64,000 nt of DNA, taken from contig DAHXMV010000001.1 in the NCBI GenBank assembly GCA_027371535.1, positions 32,879-96,878 of the forward strand, read 5' to 3'. Below, piece after piece: positions 1 to 9,969 of the stretch. A model generated the notes under the pieces. That model did no database searches, was not told the DNA's origin, and saw only the letters and a program-made list of their open reading frames with translations. This stretch comes from Candidatus Amesbacteria bacterium (GTDB lineage Bacteria > Patescibacteriota > Microgenomatia > CAZETR01 > Amesbacteraceae). How positions within the stretch are numbered: position 1 is the first letter of the stretch; each line of letters begins with the position of its first letter. A program made the translations under genes and the position numbers.

Positions 1-1
1 A

Positions 2-271
2 AGCAAGCTTTTTGATATCGGCAGAATGGTGGTGGACGGCAGAAATCCGGAGGATAAGAATAAATTCCTGCTGGAGTCGGACTGTGATTTTGTGATCTAT
101 GTGATAAAAGGCGAAGGAAAAGTTTATGCAGGTGACGAGACATTTGGGGTGAAGGTAAATGATGTGGTATATATACCCAAGGGGAACAAATTTGCCACGG
201 GAGGGAAGATGGAATACATCACGGTCGATGTGCCGGCTTACTACCCGGAGCAGTCCCGGGAGATTGAATGA
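2..271 (+). CDS. Cupin-domain protein (5' partial, runs off the window start)
   Basis: Frame is open from base 2 (SKLFDIGRMVVDG...); cupin-like pattern VIYVIKGEGKV...NDVVYIPKG. Confidence 0.7.
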   Translation, partial: SKLFDIGRMVVDGRNPEDKNKFLLESDCDFVIYVIKGEGKVYAGDETFGVKVNDVVYIPKGNKFATGGKMEYITVDVPAYYPEQSREIE

Positions 272-337
272 GGATAACCGGCAGATGACTGAAGGGAGCC
301 GTGGGTTGTATCAGGATAACTGTGTGAATAAGCTTAA

Positions 338-664
338 GGAGAGATTAATATCCGATGTGATGTAAATGAGATTTGCCTTTTCCGGAAAAGTCAGCCAGAT
401 TTACAAAAAACCATCCAGACAACTTTGGACAAAGGACTGGGCGATTATGAAAAAATAAGGGCCGAATTTGAGATTTTTGCCCTGAGCAACCCGAATCCCT
501 CCGATGACAGAACTAAGTATGAAAAAACAGAGGTCCAGCTGTATATGGGCGACCAGTGGTATTGTACGGAAAAAGAAGCCATAAAAGCCGGATATGTAAA
601 GGCTACGGATTGCTTTGAGAAGAATTATCAGATCCAAACAGCGGCAGGGATGATCGGAGGATGA
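338..664 (+). pseudogene. Probable gene remnant ending in a GDQWYCTEKEAIKAGYVKATDC motif, resembling the small Cys-containing C-terminal domain of secreted thermonuclease-like proteins
   Basis: Only a weak TTG start (425); the motif lacks its usual N-terminal half; overlaps the MFS 3' end by 62 bp. Confidence 0.35.
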
Positions 665-1841
665 GAAAAGAAACGAGAACAAGGACGGCTTCGGTCAGAT
701 AGGGCAGGCCATGCCAGAGATTATAGGCAAAAGCCGCCAATAGCGGCCCCAAGATCCGGGCGATGGACTGCAGGCCCTGGAAAGCCCCCTGTATCCTGCC
801 CTGACTTTGGTGATCGACGGAAACGGAAATCATGCCGGCAGCGGCAGGCTCATAAAAACCGTCACCGACATTTAAGACAATCAGACCCAGATAAAAGACC
901 AAATTGGAACGGACGAAAAAACCGGCGAAAGCCAAAGAAAATCCGATAACGGCAAGCAGAATACCCCAGTAGGTCAATTTAACGCCGCCGATTTTGGGTA
1001 ACAGAATCCTGACCAGATAGCCCTGGGTTATAATATCCAACAGCCCCACGCCAAAAAGAGCCAGACCGATCTCTTTCAGACTCCAGCCGAAAATATCCTT
1101 TAAGAAAACCGCATTATTGGCATACATGGTATTTAAGGCCAGAAAAAAGATAAACCCGATCAGAAACAGACGGACCAATTTGGGAAAACCGAAAAGGTGG
1201 CCAAATTGGGTAAAAGGGTTTAAGTGGGGCAAATGGACTTTGGCGATCCGGTGACGGGGGTGAAGGCTCTCAGGCAGGATAAAATAACCCCAGAAGACAT
1301 TTAACAGGGTAACACCGGCGGCGACAAATAACGGCAAAGTAAGAGAGAGATGGCCCAGCACACCGCCCAAAGCCGGCCCCAGCATAAAACCAAAACCGCC
1401 GGCGGCTCCCAACAGCCCGAAATAATGGCCGCGGGTCCGGGGAGCGGTAATATCGGCCATGTAGGCATAAACGCTGCTGATGTTGCCCCCTGTCAGTCCG
1501 TCAATAATGCGGCCGACAAAATATAACCCCAGGGTATGCCCCAAACCCAGAAATAAATAACCGACCACTGAACCCAGCAGGCTGATTAATAAAATCGGAC
1601 GGCGGCCGAAACGGTCGCTTAAAGTTCCCAGGCCGGGGGCCGAGATAAACTGACAGAGAGCATATACTGACAGCAGCAAACCCATATACAGGGCCGTAGA
1701 ATCGGTTCCGGTGGTGTATTTGGAAATTAAAAACGGCAGGATGGGAATAATGACTGAAAAACCGAGGAAATTTAAAAACATGGTCACCATGATAAAGACC
1801 AGCTGGGAACGGGTCGGGTGGGGTGATAGATCCGGATCCAT
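603..1841 (-). CDS. MFS drug:H+ antiporter (TetA/DHA1-like)
   Basis: About 12 TM segments; motif A GTLSDRFGRRPILL; GRIIDGLTGGN; start reassigned to MDPDL (1841) because the longer ORF overlaps the divergent gene. Confidence 0.9.
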   Translation of the reverse strand: MDPDLSPHPTRSQLVFIMVTMFLNFLGFSVIIPILPFLISKYTTGTDSTALYMGLLLSVYALCQFISAPGLGTLSDRFGRRPILLISLLGSVVGYLFLGLGHTLGLYFVGRIIDGLTGGNISSVYAYMADITAPRTRGHYFGLLGAAGGFGFMLGPALGGVLGHLSLTLPLFVAAGVTLLNVFWGYFILPESLHPRHRIAKVHLPHLNPFTQFGHLFGFPKLVRLFLIGFIFFLALNTMYANNAVFLKDIFGWSLKEIGLALFGVGLLDIITQGYLVRILLPKIGGVKLTYWGILLAVIGFSLAFAGFFVRSNLVFYLGLIVLNVGDGFYEPAAAGMISVSVDHQSQGRIQGAFQGLQSIARILGPLLAAFAYNLWHGLPYLTEAVLVLVSFLILRSSLPLFGSDNSSQSNP

Positions 1842-1862
1842 AGGGTTATAATTATAATTGAT
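1842..1862. promoter_or_regulatory. Overlapping back-to-back -10 elements between divergent genes
   Basis: TATAAT on + at 1847-1852 and 1853-1858, and on - at 1856-1851; only 21 bp separate the two start codons. Confidence 0.6.
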
Positions 1863-2156
1863 ATGACTAAGTTTAAAGCGGCTTATGAGGAAATGATGCA
1901 AAAACACCGGGAGCAATTTGAAAAATTCAAAGAAGTACATGATCTTTACTTCAAAGACCAGAAAACCTGGGAGGCGAAGTTTAATGAACTGGGGAAGCCC
2001 TTGTTGCGAATAATCGAGGAGGCGGAAAACCGGCTGTGCAGCAAAATGGAGGGGTCCGGCAGGGGCAATTATTCAGCCAATCTGGCAGATAAATTCAGGG
2101 AAGAGATCAGAAAGGACCTGCCCCTCATTGACCTGGTAGGGGTTAAAATTTACTGA
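1863..2156 (+). CDS. Small alpha-helical hypothetical protein
   Basis: 97-aa charged helical ORF with a -10 box just upstream. Confidence 0.75.
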   Translation: MTKFKAAYEEMMQKHREQFEKFKEVHDLYFKDQKTWEAKFNELGKPLLRIIEEAENRLCSKMEGSGRGNYSANLADKFREEIRKDLPLIDLVGVKIY

Positions 2157-2253
2157 GCCGGGAGGGAGAATATCAAAAGATATTGAAACTTAAGTTTTAA
2201 ACTTTTTCTATCCCTCGCGAGGCTCGTGATCGGACTCCCAACTGAGCCGGGAG
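2152..2253. repeat. 13-bp direct repeat ACTGAGCCGGGAG (2152-2164 and 2241-2253) duplicating the tRNA-Thr 3' end
   Basis: Exact match read from the sequence; the second copy overlaps the tRNA acceptor strand. Confidence 0.75.
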
Positions 2254-2316
2254 CGGGATTTGAACCCGCGACCCGCGGTTTACGATACCGCCGCTCTACC
2301 ACTGAGCTACCCCGGC
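2245..2316 (-). tRNA. tRNA-Thr(CGT), CCA not encoded
   Basis: GCCGGGG/TCCCGGC acceptor stem, D arm GCTC-AGTGGTA-GAGC, anticodon arm GCGGT-ATCGTAA-ACCGC, T arm GCGGG-TTCAAAT-CCCGC. Confidence 0.95.
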
Positions 2317-2380
2317 TAACATTCCCCGGCAATTACAGGTCAGACTGGTATATTTTAACGTAAAGTTTAAAATAATAGCT

Positions 2381-3100
2381 ATGGCCAGATCGTTTTCGAG
2401 GTTACAGAAACTGGAAGAAAGAAGAAACCTGATAAGAGCCGTGTGGCTTATTTTGGGATCGGTAGCCCTGGTAGCCCTGACAATCACCCTGGGTTTTAAT
2501 ATCCTGACCAAAATCTTTTTATTTTTGGGGAATGTGAATTCAACCAATAAACCGGTGGTGAATACGGATGTGATCCCGCCGGGACCACCGACATTCTTTA
2601 CTTCATTTGAGGCAACCAACAGCGCTGTCATTACATTATCCGGATATGCGGAACCCGGGGCAACAGTATACCTGACCCAAAACACTCAGGCTAAGGGGAA
2701 CGTGGTCAGCACCCAGGACGGGGTTTTCCAATTTCCGGGAATCAAACTGAACCCGGGATTAAATTCCTTTTCCGCGGTGGCGATGGATGCGGCCGGAAAC
2801 CGCAGCCAACCTTCGGTGACAGTCGAAATTACTTTTTCCGACAAGGGACCGGACCTGAAAATCACCGTTCCGACGGATAAACAGATAATTTCCGGCGGAG
2901 ACGGTACAATCCGGATTACCGGGAGTACGGACCCGGATGCCAGGCTGACAGTGAATGACCGGGTGGTGATAGTCAGTCCCAGCGGAAATTTTAATTATTC
3001 GCTGGTACTAAACCAGGGAGATAACAATCTGGTGATAACCGCCACCGATACGACCGGAAACCAAACCCAAAAATCTCTCACCGTAACTTATAATCCCTGA
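2381..3100 (+). CDS. Membrane-anchored protein with two bacterial Ig-like domains
   Basis: One N-terminal TM; repeats of the LSGYAEPGATV...A.DAAGN and ITGSTDPDARL...ATDTTGN type. Confidence 0.8.
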   Translation: MARSFSRLQKLEERRNLIRAVWLILGSVALVALTITLGFNILTKIFLFLGNVNSTNKPVVNTDVIPPGPPTFFTSFEATNSAVITLSGYAEPGATVYLTQNTQAKGNVVSTQDGVFQFPGIKLNPGLNSFSAVAMDAAGNRSQPSVTVEITFSDKGPDLKITVPTDKQIISGGDGTIRITGSTDPDARLTVNDRVVIVSPSGNFNYSLVLNQGDNNLVITATDTTGNQTQKSLTVTYNP

Positions 3101-4247
3101 TTTCAAGAGCCGTGATTAAAGCCAGCCAGACAAGAACCCAGGGGTAGAACAGCGAATTCAGAAATAGGGAATGCACCAGAAGAGCCGCCAAAGACAGGCC
3201 CGGCAGGCTGCCGAATCCGAAAAAAGTCAAAAAAGCTTTCAGATAATTTAGATACAGCAGAAAACCAAACAATCCGGTCGTGGCCAGCACAAACAGCAGG
3301 GAAGAGTCGGCCCCGGCTCCGGCGTGGGAATGCAGCCAGGAATCCTGATTCAAATAACCCAAATCGCGCTGGGCATAGCGATAGGTGTTAAAACCGACAC
3401 CCAAAACCGGATACCGGATAAAGACGGTCAGAGAATTTTTCCAATTGATCAGCCTGGCCATAATGGTACTGGTGCGCTCCAGCTTAACGCCCTCACCTCC
3501 GGGACCCCTGGGCAGCAAAATCAAAGTCAGAGTTAAAATAACAGTACCGATAAAGAATAATTTCCAGGTTTTGCGAAAATAGGCAAATAAAGACAGGGCC
3601 ACAAAAGCAGCCAAAAAACCGGCCCGGGAATAAGTAAGAGCGAATAAGAGATATGCCAGGCCAAAAAGACAACGCTGTTGCCACAGTTTTTTCAGAGGGA
3701 AAAAGACCAAAAAAAGCATGACAAAAAGCAGCATGATGCCCATGAAGCCGGGATCCAGCAGGGAACCGACCACCCGGAAATAATGAGGATCCCAATCGCT
3801 GACAGCCAGTTTTCGGATGTCCGGAAAAAATAAGTACTGGAATAGCCCGGTGATAATGATAACCAGGGATAGAAATCTCAGCCCCCGTAAAATTTCCGTC
3901 CGGCTAAACTGTTTAAAAAATAAAAATAATAAGCCCAGAGAAAGAAATCTGAATAAATAGAGACTGCCGACTGTTACCGCCCGGGCACCCCAACTAAAAA
4001 AAGAAATCAGGAGAGAAAAAAACGCCCATAAAACAAAATTCAGAAAGGGTTTTGTAAACTTATTAACCCTATATATTGATATTAGTTTATTTTTGTGGAC
4101 ATATATTGTATACAAAATGCATAAGAACACCGAAATATCCAAAAGGGAAATTCTGATATCCGGTGAAAAGTATGAAAATTTATAAAGATTGCCCAGGGCG
4201 TATCCCAAAAACAACATTCCCGCAAGCGGATATTTAAGTCCGGTCAT
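3078..4247 (-). CDS. O-antigen ligase/polymerase-like (WaaL/Wzy_C) membrane protein
   Basis: Multi-TM; RVVGSLLDPG, LTYSRAG, R..NW..S, GVGFNTY and DSSLL motifs. Confidence 0.85.
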   Translation of the reverse strand: MTGLKYPLAGMLFLGYALGNLYKFSYFSPDIRISLLDISVFLCILYTIYVHKNKLISIYRVNKFTKPFLNFVLWAFFSLLISFFSWGARAVTVGSLYLFRFLSLGLLFLFFKQFSRTEILRGLRFLSLVIIITGLFQYLFFPDIRKLAVSDWDPHYFRVVGSLLDPGFMGIMLLFVMLFLVFFPLKKLWQQRCLFGLAYLLFALTYSRAGFLAAFVALSLFAYFRKTWKLFFIGTVILTLTLILLPRGPGGEGVKLERTSTIMARLINWKNSLTVFIRYPVLGVGFNTYRYAQRDLGYLNQDSWLHSHAGAGADSSLLFVLATTGLFGFLLYLNYLKAFLTFFGFGSLPGLSLAALLVHSLFLNSLFYPWVLVWLALITALEIRDYKLR

Positions 4248-4999
4248 GACGCAGTGGACGGAATACCCCGATTTAGAAGATATAACTTACCCCGGACTAA
4301 AAAAGTATAAAAGGCCATAGTCATGGCGTGAATCAGACCGGGCATGCCGTCGAGAAAACCCAGTTTAACGAGCCACAGAAAAACAAATTTGGCCGGCGGA
4401 TAAACTATTACCTGCCAAATTGAAGCAGTTTTTTTGGCATCATACAATTCCCCGGCTCTGACAGATGAATAAAAATTAATTTTTTGTAAAAACTTTTCCA
4501 GAGTGGGGTGGGGCCGGTGGATCAAGGGGTGACTAAGCCGGCCGGCAGGACCGGAAATCTGCCATGTCTCATGAACCCGGCCCGACCATCTCCCCTGCCC
4601 CGCCTGCCCGAGACGCAAAAGATTTACAGTCCCGGTGTCACCATATTTTAATTGCCTGCCCCACATGAAGTCGATCCGGGGTAAAAAATAGCCGTGAATA
4701 CGGGGATTTTTGATAGCATTTACAATCTCCTGCGCCAGATCTGCCGGAACCGTTTCATCAGCATCAACAAATAGCACCCAGCCGGATTTAACCTGATCAA
4801 GGGCGAAGTTTCGCTCCATAGCAAAATCACCGGAAACGGCAAACTTTAAGACCCGGGCGTGCAGAGCAAGAGCGACTTTGGCAGTAGCGTCAGCAGACTG
4901 ATTATCGATGACCAGGATCCGGTCACAAAACTTTAAAGAGGCAAGACATTCGGGCAGGCTGGCAGCTTCATTTTTGGCGATGATTACGGCCGTAAGCAT
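4244..4999 (-). CDS. Glycosyltransferase family 2 (LgtF/WaaE-like)
   Basis: IIAKNEA, VIDNQSAD, WVLFVDADE, GRVHE motifs. Confidence 0.9.
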   Translation of the reverse strand: MLTAVIIAKNEAASLPECLASLKFCDRILVIDNQSADATAKVALALHARVLKFAVSGDFAMERNFALDQVKSGWVLFVDADETVPADLAQEIVNAIKNPRIHGYFLPRIDFMWGRQLKYGDTGTVNLLRLGQAGQGRWSGRVHETWQISGPAGRLSHPLIHRPHPTLEKFLQKINFYSSVRAGELYDAKKTASIWQVIVYPPAKFVFLWLVKLGFLDGMPGLIHAMTMAFYTFLVRGKLYLLNRGIPSTAS

Positions 5000-5008
5000 G
5001 ATTTATGA

Positions 5009-6109
5009 CTATTCTATCACCGATACCCGGGTACCGCTGTCGTTGACCTGAAAAACGGTGTGGGTGCCTGACGGCCCGACTCCGAGACGATTAAGCCACC
5101 AGATCAGATACAGATATGAGGCATTGTAATCCGTAATTCCGGCGATGCCTCCGGCCACCCGGATTTCGGGGTTTGAAATCCGGCTATTCACGAGAATTTG
5201 CCGGGTTTGGGAGATCTGATCCGAAAGCTCATGGCGACCAACCAGTACCGGCGGCAGGAAATTTTGGGAAAAGAGATAAAAACTATTTACCATCAGGAAG
5301 GCCAAACCCAAAACAAACAGGATTTTGCCTGACAAAAAGGATAAGAATTTAGCTGCCAGAATAACCGCAGGAACCAGGATGATCGCCAAATAAGAAATGG
5401 AAATGAAGCCGGCGGGAACGGGTTTGATGTGAATCAGGAACCTGGCCAGCCATAAAAGCACCCCGAAAGTCTGCAGGGGTCCGACAATAATAAAGGGCAA
5501 TACGGAGATGAATAAACCGGCGGAGAATTTCCAGGGAGAAAGCCGGTGCCGGAAAAGATAGAAATAGGCAAAAGGCCAGAGAATGATGCTTAAGAGATGC
5601 AACTGGTAAAGCCAGCCCAAGAACAAACCGCTGACAAATCCCATTTTTTTAACCAAACAGAGGGCAAAAACCAGGAAAAAGAGAATAATCGGTGAATTGT
5701 GATATGCCAGACGGGATAGGACTACCGGCAGGAAAAAACAGGATAATAAAAAAGCAGATATCAAAGCGGTCTTTTTGTCTGAAATAAGAACCGCCAAATA
5801 GTAGATGAGGGGAATGGAGACGATTCCCATAAGGGCGGTCAGAACCGCCCCGCCGACAGGATTAAAGCCGGAGAGGATGAGGGCCGGGATTAAGAGATAG
5901 ACCCAGACAGCGCCCTGATGCAGCCAGGAAATACTGGCGCCGATGGTCACCATGGGAAATGACCCGTGCAGAACACTGTCTCTTGAGAGCAAATAAAACC
6001 AGCTCAGGTCGCTGTAAAACGTCATGCCGGAAAACAGTTTCCAAAACCGCAGCAGGCTGCCGATGAAGATGAAGAGGAGCAGCCGGCCCCAAACGGAATT
6101 AAGCCTCAT
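5009..6109 (-). CDS. GT-C fold membrane glycosyltransferase (ArnT/PMT-like)
   Basis: LRFWKL...FYSD after TM1; multi-TM; start reassigned to MRLNSV (6109). Confidence 0.75.
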   Translation of the reverse strand: MRLNSVWGRLLLFIFIGSLLRFWKLFSGMTFYSDLSWFYLLSRDSVLHGSFPMVTIGASISWLHQGAVWVYLLIPALILSGFNPVGGAVLTALMGIVSIPLIYYLAVLISDKKTALISAFLLSCFFLPVVLSRLAYHNSPIILFFLVFALCLVKKMGFVSGLFLGWLYQLHLLSIILWPFAYFYLFRHRLSPWKFSAGLFISVLPFIIVGPLQTFGVLLWLARFLIHIKPVPAGFISISYLAIILVPAVILAAKFLSFLSGKILFVLGLAFLMVNSFYLFSQNFLPPVLVGRHELSDQISQTRQILVNSRISNPEIRVAGGIAGITDYNASYLYLIWWLNRLGVGPSGTHTVFQVNDSGTRVSVIE

Positions 6110-7340
6110 GGTAAATTTGGGGATGGGAAAAAATCCGGTTGACATAATATAAGGATAGAGGCAGGGAGGCAAAGGAACCGATAATTGCCGCAATCCCGGC
6201 GCCTACAATTCCAAAAGCCATGACCAGCGGATAGATGGAAATTCCCAGGCCGAAAACGCTGACCAAAGTCACCCAGGACACATAATCATTGCGCCTGACG
6301 GCCAGGAGCAGGGGGTAGACGCAGCCGGTGACGGATTTGGCAATACCGCAAAGCGACAACACCTTCAGGGCAGGGATGGCCGGAGCCCATTTGGCACCCA
6401 AAACAATAAATACCACAGGATGGGCGAAAAAGAACAGTATCAAACCAAAAGCCACGGAGACCGCCGAGACGATGAGCGTGGTTTTAAAAAAGGCGCGTTT
6501 TAGCCTGGCCGGATCATGGTTTATCTGCACAAAAACCGGAAAAGAGACCCTGGCCACGACATCACTGACTTCGGAAACCGGGGAGGTGGAAATTTTATAA
6601 GCATAATCATAATAACCCAAACTGGTCTCCCCCAGCATTTTGCCGACAACCATATTGTCCCCGTTTAAGTACAAATACTGGAATATCCCGGCGGCGGTCA
6701 TCCATTTACCCTGCTCTAATATTTCGGCGGCTTTTCGGGCCGTGTAAACAAAACGGGGGCGGGGCGAAAACAGCCAAAAGGAAACGGCCACTTCAAAAAC
6801 CGCGCCGATTAACATGCCAAAACCCAGACTGAGCGGATTATGCAGGACGATGGCCAGAATTATGGCGGTGACTGAATCGGCCAGATAGAGAAAAGTGTTG
6901 ATATGAAATTCCCATTTGAAATGCAATTCTTTCTGCAGCTTGACGATTGAAGGATTGATAAAACCCCGGACAAAGGATACCAGGCAGACCAGATACAACA
7001 CCGGCAGAGAACCAGGGGAATGATAAAAAGAGGAAATCAGGGGGGCGCCGATTAACAAAATCAGACTGATAACCAGGCCCCTCAGTATGGAAATTACCCA
7101 GGCAGTATCAATATAAGAGTCGATATCGCCTTTTTTCTGGATTAAAAAGAAGTTGATGGCGGTTTCGGTAAACACTTCCAATAAACCGAGGGTGAGGGTG
7201 GCGATATTAAAAATTCCAAACTGGGCCGGAAGTAAGATCCGGGCCAAAATGGCCACTCTGACAAAAGTCAGGCCGCGATACAACCACCTCTCGGCGGCAG
7301 CCCAGGAGATGCTATGGACGGCAGTTTTAAAATAACCCAT
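6099..7340 (-). CDS. Wzx-like polysaccharide flippase
   Basis: ILARILLPAQFG, DNMVVGKMLGETSLGYY, FPVF motifs; multi-TM. Confidence 0.9.
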   Translation of the reverse strand: MGYFKTAVHSISWAAAERWLYRGLTFVRVAILARILLPAQFGIFNIATLTLGLLEVFTETAINFFLIQKKGDIDSYIDTAWVISILRGLVISLILLIGAPLISSFYHSPGSLPVLYLVCLVSFVRGFINPSIVKLQKELHFKWEFHINTFLYLADSVTAIILAIVLHNPLSLGFGMLIGAVFEVAVSFWLFSPRPRFVYTARKAAEILEQGKWMTAAGIFQYLYLNGDNMVVGKMLGETSLGYYDYAYKISTSPVSEVSDVVARVSFPVFVQINHDPARLKRAFFKTTLIVSAVSVAFGLILFFFAHPVVFIVLGAKWAPAIPALKVLSLCGIAKSVTGCVYPLLLAVRRNDYVSWVTLVSVFGLGISIYPLVMAFGIVGAGIAAIIGSFASLPLSLYYVNRIFSHPQIYHEA

Positions 7341-8277
7341 TGGCTTTGGCCAGATAACCCATCAGAGTACCGAAAATAACACTGATATCGGCAGTAATCT
7401 GAATCAGGGGAAGAAAGATAACGGCCAATATGTTTCTGACATAGCGGTAATTTTTGATGACGGCCCACAGCAGATAGAGCAGGACCAGCAAAGCCAGCGG
7501 GTAATAAAGCACATGAATCCGCTGGGCAAGAAAGAAGAAATATGCAAACGCCAGGTAGCGCAAAATCAGGAATTTGACTTTGGGGCGCAGGATGCCGGCC
7601 TGGATATCCCCGATGGCAAAACGCATAAACATCCAGGCCGACTGCTTTAGATTTTTCCGGGGCATCCAGCCGACTAAAGCCCGAGGGGCAAAGACAAATT
7701 TCACTCCCATGCGCGCCATCCAGACGGCAAAGGCGTAATCCTCGTTGTGATTTAATTTGGGATCGAAGCCGCCGGTCTTGTTCCAGAAGCTTTTGCGCAT
7801 GGCCATGGACCGGGTGGAGGGGAGAAAATACCCGGGATCCACCCTATCGGGCATCACCAGGACATAGGGAATCAGGCATTTTTGGAAAATATTTTCCGGT
7901 AAACCCCGGTAATACCCGCTGACCACCTGCGTCTGGGAGTCGTTAAACGGGGCCACAATTTCAGCCAGCCAGGTTTTTTCGGGAATACAGCCGGCGTCGG
8001 TAAAGACCAGAAGCGGAAAACGGGATTTTGAGACGGCAAAATTCCGGCCGACGGAACGGTTACCGGGAACCTGGAAAGGCCTCAAAACAGGCCAGTCTTT
8101 GGCCAGTTGCCCAAGTTTCTCAAAGGTGCCGTCTTTTGATCCCCCGTCGGTAATAATGACTTCGGTAGGCGGGAGAGTCTGGGCTTTCAGAGCCCTGATC
8201 AGGTCACTAATGGTGTCTGCTTCATTAAAAACAGTGATAAGGAGGGAGGTTTTAAAAAATGTCTTATGATTGGCCAT
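7327..8277 (-). CDS. Glycosyltransferase family 2 with C-terminal TM helices
   Basis: ITVFNEA, DGGSKDGT, GRN, FTDAGC, EDY motifs. Confidence 0.9.
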   Translation of the reverse strand: MANHKTFFKTSLLITVFNEADTISDLIRALKAQTLPPTEVIITDGGSKDGTFEKLGQLAKDWPVLRPFQVPGNRSVGRNFAVSKSRFPLLVFTDAGCIPEKTWLAEIVAPFNDSQTQVVSGYYRGLPENIFQKCLIPYVLVMPDRVDPGYFLPSTRSMAMRKSFWNKTGGFDPKLNHNEDYAFAVWMARMGVKFVFAPRALVGWMPRKNLKQSAWMFMRFAIGDIQAGILRPKVKFLILRYLAFAYFFFLAQRIHVLYYPLALLVLLYLLWAVIKNYRYVRNILAVIFLPLIQITADISVIFGTLMGYLAKANGLF

Positions 8278-8384
8278 GATTTAACAATTATAACCTGGAT
8301 TTTGAGAGATCTAAATTATTTTACATCTTGGATTTTAATCTGACATAATTTTCTCTTATAATATGGCAGTTAAACTTAATAATT

Positions 8385-8846
8385 ATGATAAAAGCTATCG
8401 ATGATATTGTTTATAGAATAATAAATACATTTCTCGGACGATATATTATCCGTATAAATCTTTTTCGATACAGAATTTATGGTGATGAAAGCCGATTACA
8501 TTTATCTCAAGAAGCAAATGTTTTGAATGCTTTATTTAATGTAGTCTCCGGGAATATTAATATCGAAAAGGGAGTATTTTTTGGACATAATGTTTGTTTA
8601 TTAACTGGAACTCACAATTACCTAAGTTCGGGAGCCTCAAGAAGAAAAGATGTTCCATCTACTGGACGGGATATCACCGTCAAACAAGGTGCCTGGTTAG
8701 CATCAAATGTGACTGTGTTAGGACCTTGTATAATTGGTGAAAATGCCGTGGTAGCAGCCAATTCTCTGGTTATCCATAATGTACAAGCAAATACATTAGT
8801 AGCTGGAACACCTGCAAGAATAATTAAATATTTAAAAAATAGATAA
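8385..8846 (+). CDS. Left-handed beta-helix sugar O-acyltransferase (Maa/WcaF-like)
   Basis: Hexapeptide repeats; LLTGTH, AWLASNVTVLGPCIIGENAVVAA, GTPAR. Confidence 0.85.
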   Translation: MIKAIDDIVYRIINTFLGRYIIRINLFRYRIYGDESRLHLSQEANVLNALFNVVSGNINIEKGVFFGHNVCLLTGTHNYLSSGASRRKDVPSTGRDITVKQGAWLASNVTVLGPCIIGENAVVAANSLVIHNVQANTLVAGTPARIIKYLKNR

Positions 8847-8847
8847 A

Positions 8848-9969
8848 TTAGTTAACCGTATCATCATTCATAGTTTTTTCATATATATGGTCTGTTAGTT
8901 CTATAGTATGATTCCAAGTATATTTTTCGGCTAAAACTCTCCCCTTGCCTACTCGAGAAGCATGCGACTCCGACACTGCAGTTATTATACTTTGAATTAA
9001 ACTTTCTGGTTGTTTAATATTAAAATATAAGGGTACATCATCGGCTACTTCGTGAAATACAGGTAGATTGCTTGCCACAATTGGTATTTTTTGAGACATA
9101 GCTTCGAGCACCGGAATTCCGAAACCTTCAGCTGATGATGGATATATAACAGCTTTTGCACCACATAAAAGATTAAATAATTGCGATTTTGTTAAACAAC
9201 CAGCAAAATTTATTCTATTATCTATGCCTAATGACCGACTTAGATAGGTTAGTTCGTCAATTTGATGACGATTATCTCCAGTAAAGATTATTTTTAAGTT
9301 TTTAAATATTATTGGATATTTTAATGATGCTTCAGCGAAACATCTGATTAGCATTGAATTGTTTTTGCGATCACCTAGTCCTCCATGACATAATAAATAA
9401 TTACTGAATACATTTGGTTTTGGGGTCCTTAGGTAGAGATTATCGATACCCATTGGTATTACAACTATTTTATTTTTAATTTGATGAAACTTTGAAATAA
9501 CTTCTTTTGAAGTATATTTAGAATTACAAATGATAACTTTTGCCTTATTAATTGAAGAATTTATTTCCCATCTATATAACATTTTGGATATAAATGGAAA
9601 TTTTGAATTTTGAAAGTAATTATGAACGGATAATGGTATCAGATCGTGAACTGTTAATATTGTTTTAAAAGGTGTTATAAATGGAATACCGTAATTCGCT
9701 GTAGCGTGATATAAATCAGGCTTGATTTTTTTCAACAATTCTTCAAGTTGAATCTGTTCCCAATAAAGACGATGGATTTTTAGCGGAATGGTAATATTTT
9801 CGACATTTTTTAAATATAATGGAAGAACAGAAATTACAAAAATACTGTATTTATCTTTATCCAAATAATTTATAATGGCATGAAGGTAATTAGCTATACC
9901 ACCATATGTATTCTCTAGATATCTGCCATCTAAAACCAATTTAATACGATTGAATTTTCTTAAAATCAT
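8848..9969 (-). CDS. Glycosyltransferase family 4
   Basis: [21 protein letters not shown]. Confidence 0.9.
   Translation of the reverse strand: MILRKFNRIKLVLDGRYLENTYGGIANYLHAIINYLDKDKYSIFVISVLPLYLKNVENITIPLKIHRLYWEQIQLEELLKKIKPDLYHATANYGIPFITPFKTILTVHDLIPLSVHNYFQNSKFPFISKMLYRWEINSSINKAKVIICNSKYTSKEVISKFHQIKNKIVVIPMGIDNLYLRTPKPNVFSNYLLCHGGLGDRKNNSMLIRCFAEASLKYPIIFKNLKIIFTGDNRHQIDELTYLSRSLGIDNRINFAGCLTKSQLFNLLCGAKAVIYPSSAEGFGIPVLEAMSQKIPIVASNLPVFHEVADDVPLYFNIKQPESLIQSIITAVSESHASRVGKGRVLAEKYTWNHTIELTDHIYEKTMNDDTVN

Noticed and set aside
603-1841. Calling the MFS transporter a tetracycline resistance gene
   Set aside because: The motifs only place it in the DHA1-like family; the substrate cannot be inferred.
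2150-2685. Minus-strand ORFs 2150-2332 and 2296-2685
   Set aside because: They overlap tRNA-Thr and are antisense to the Ig-like gene; shadow ORFs.
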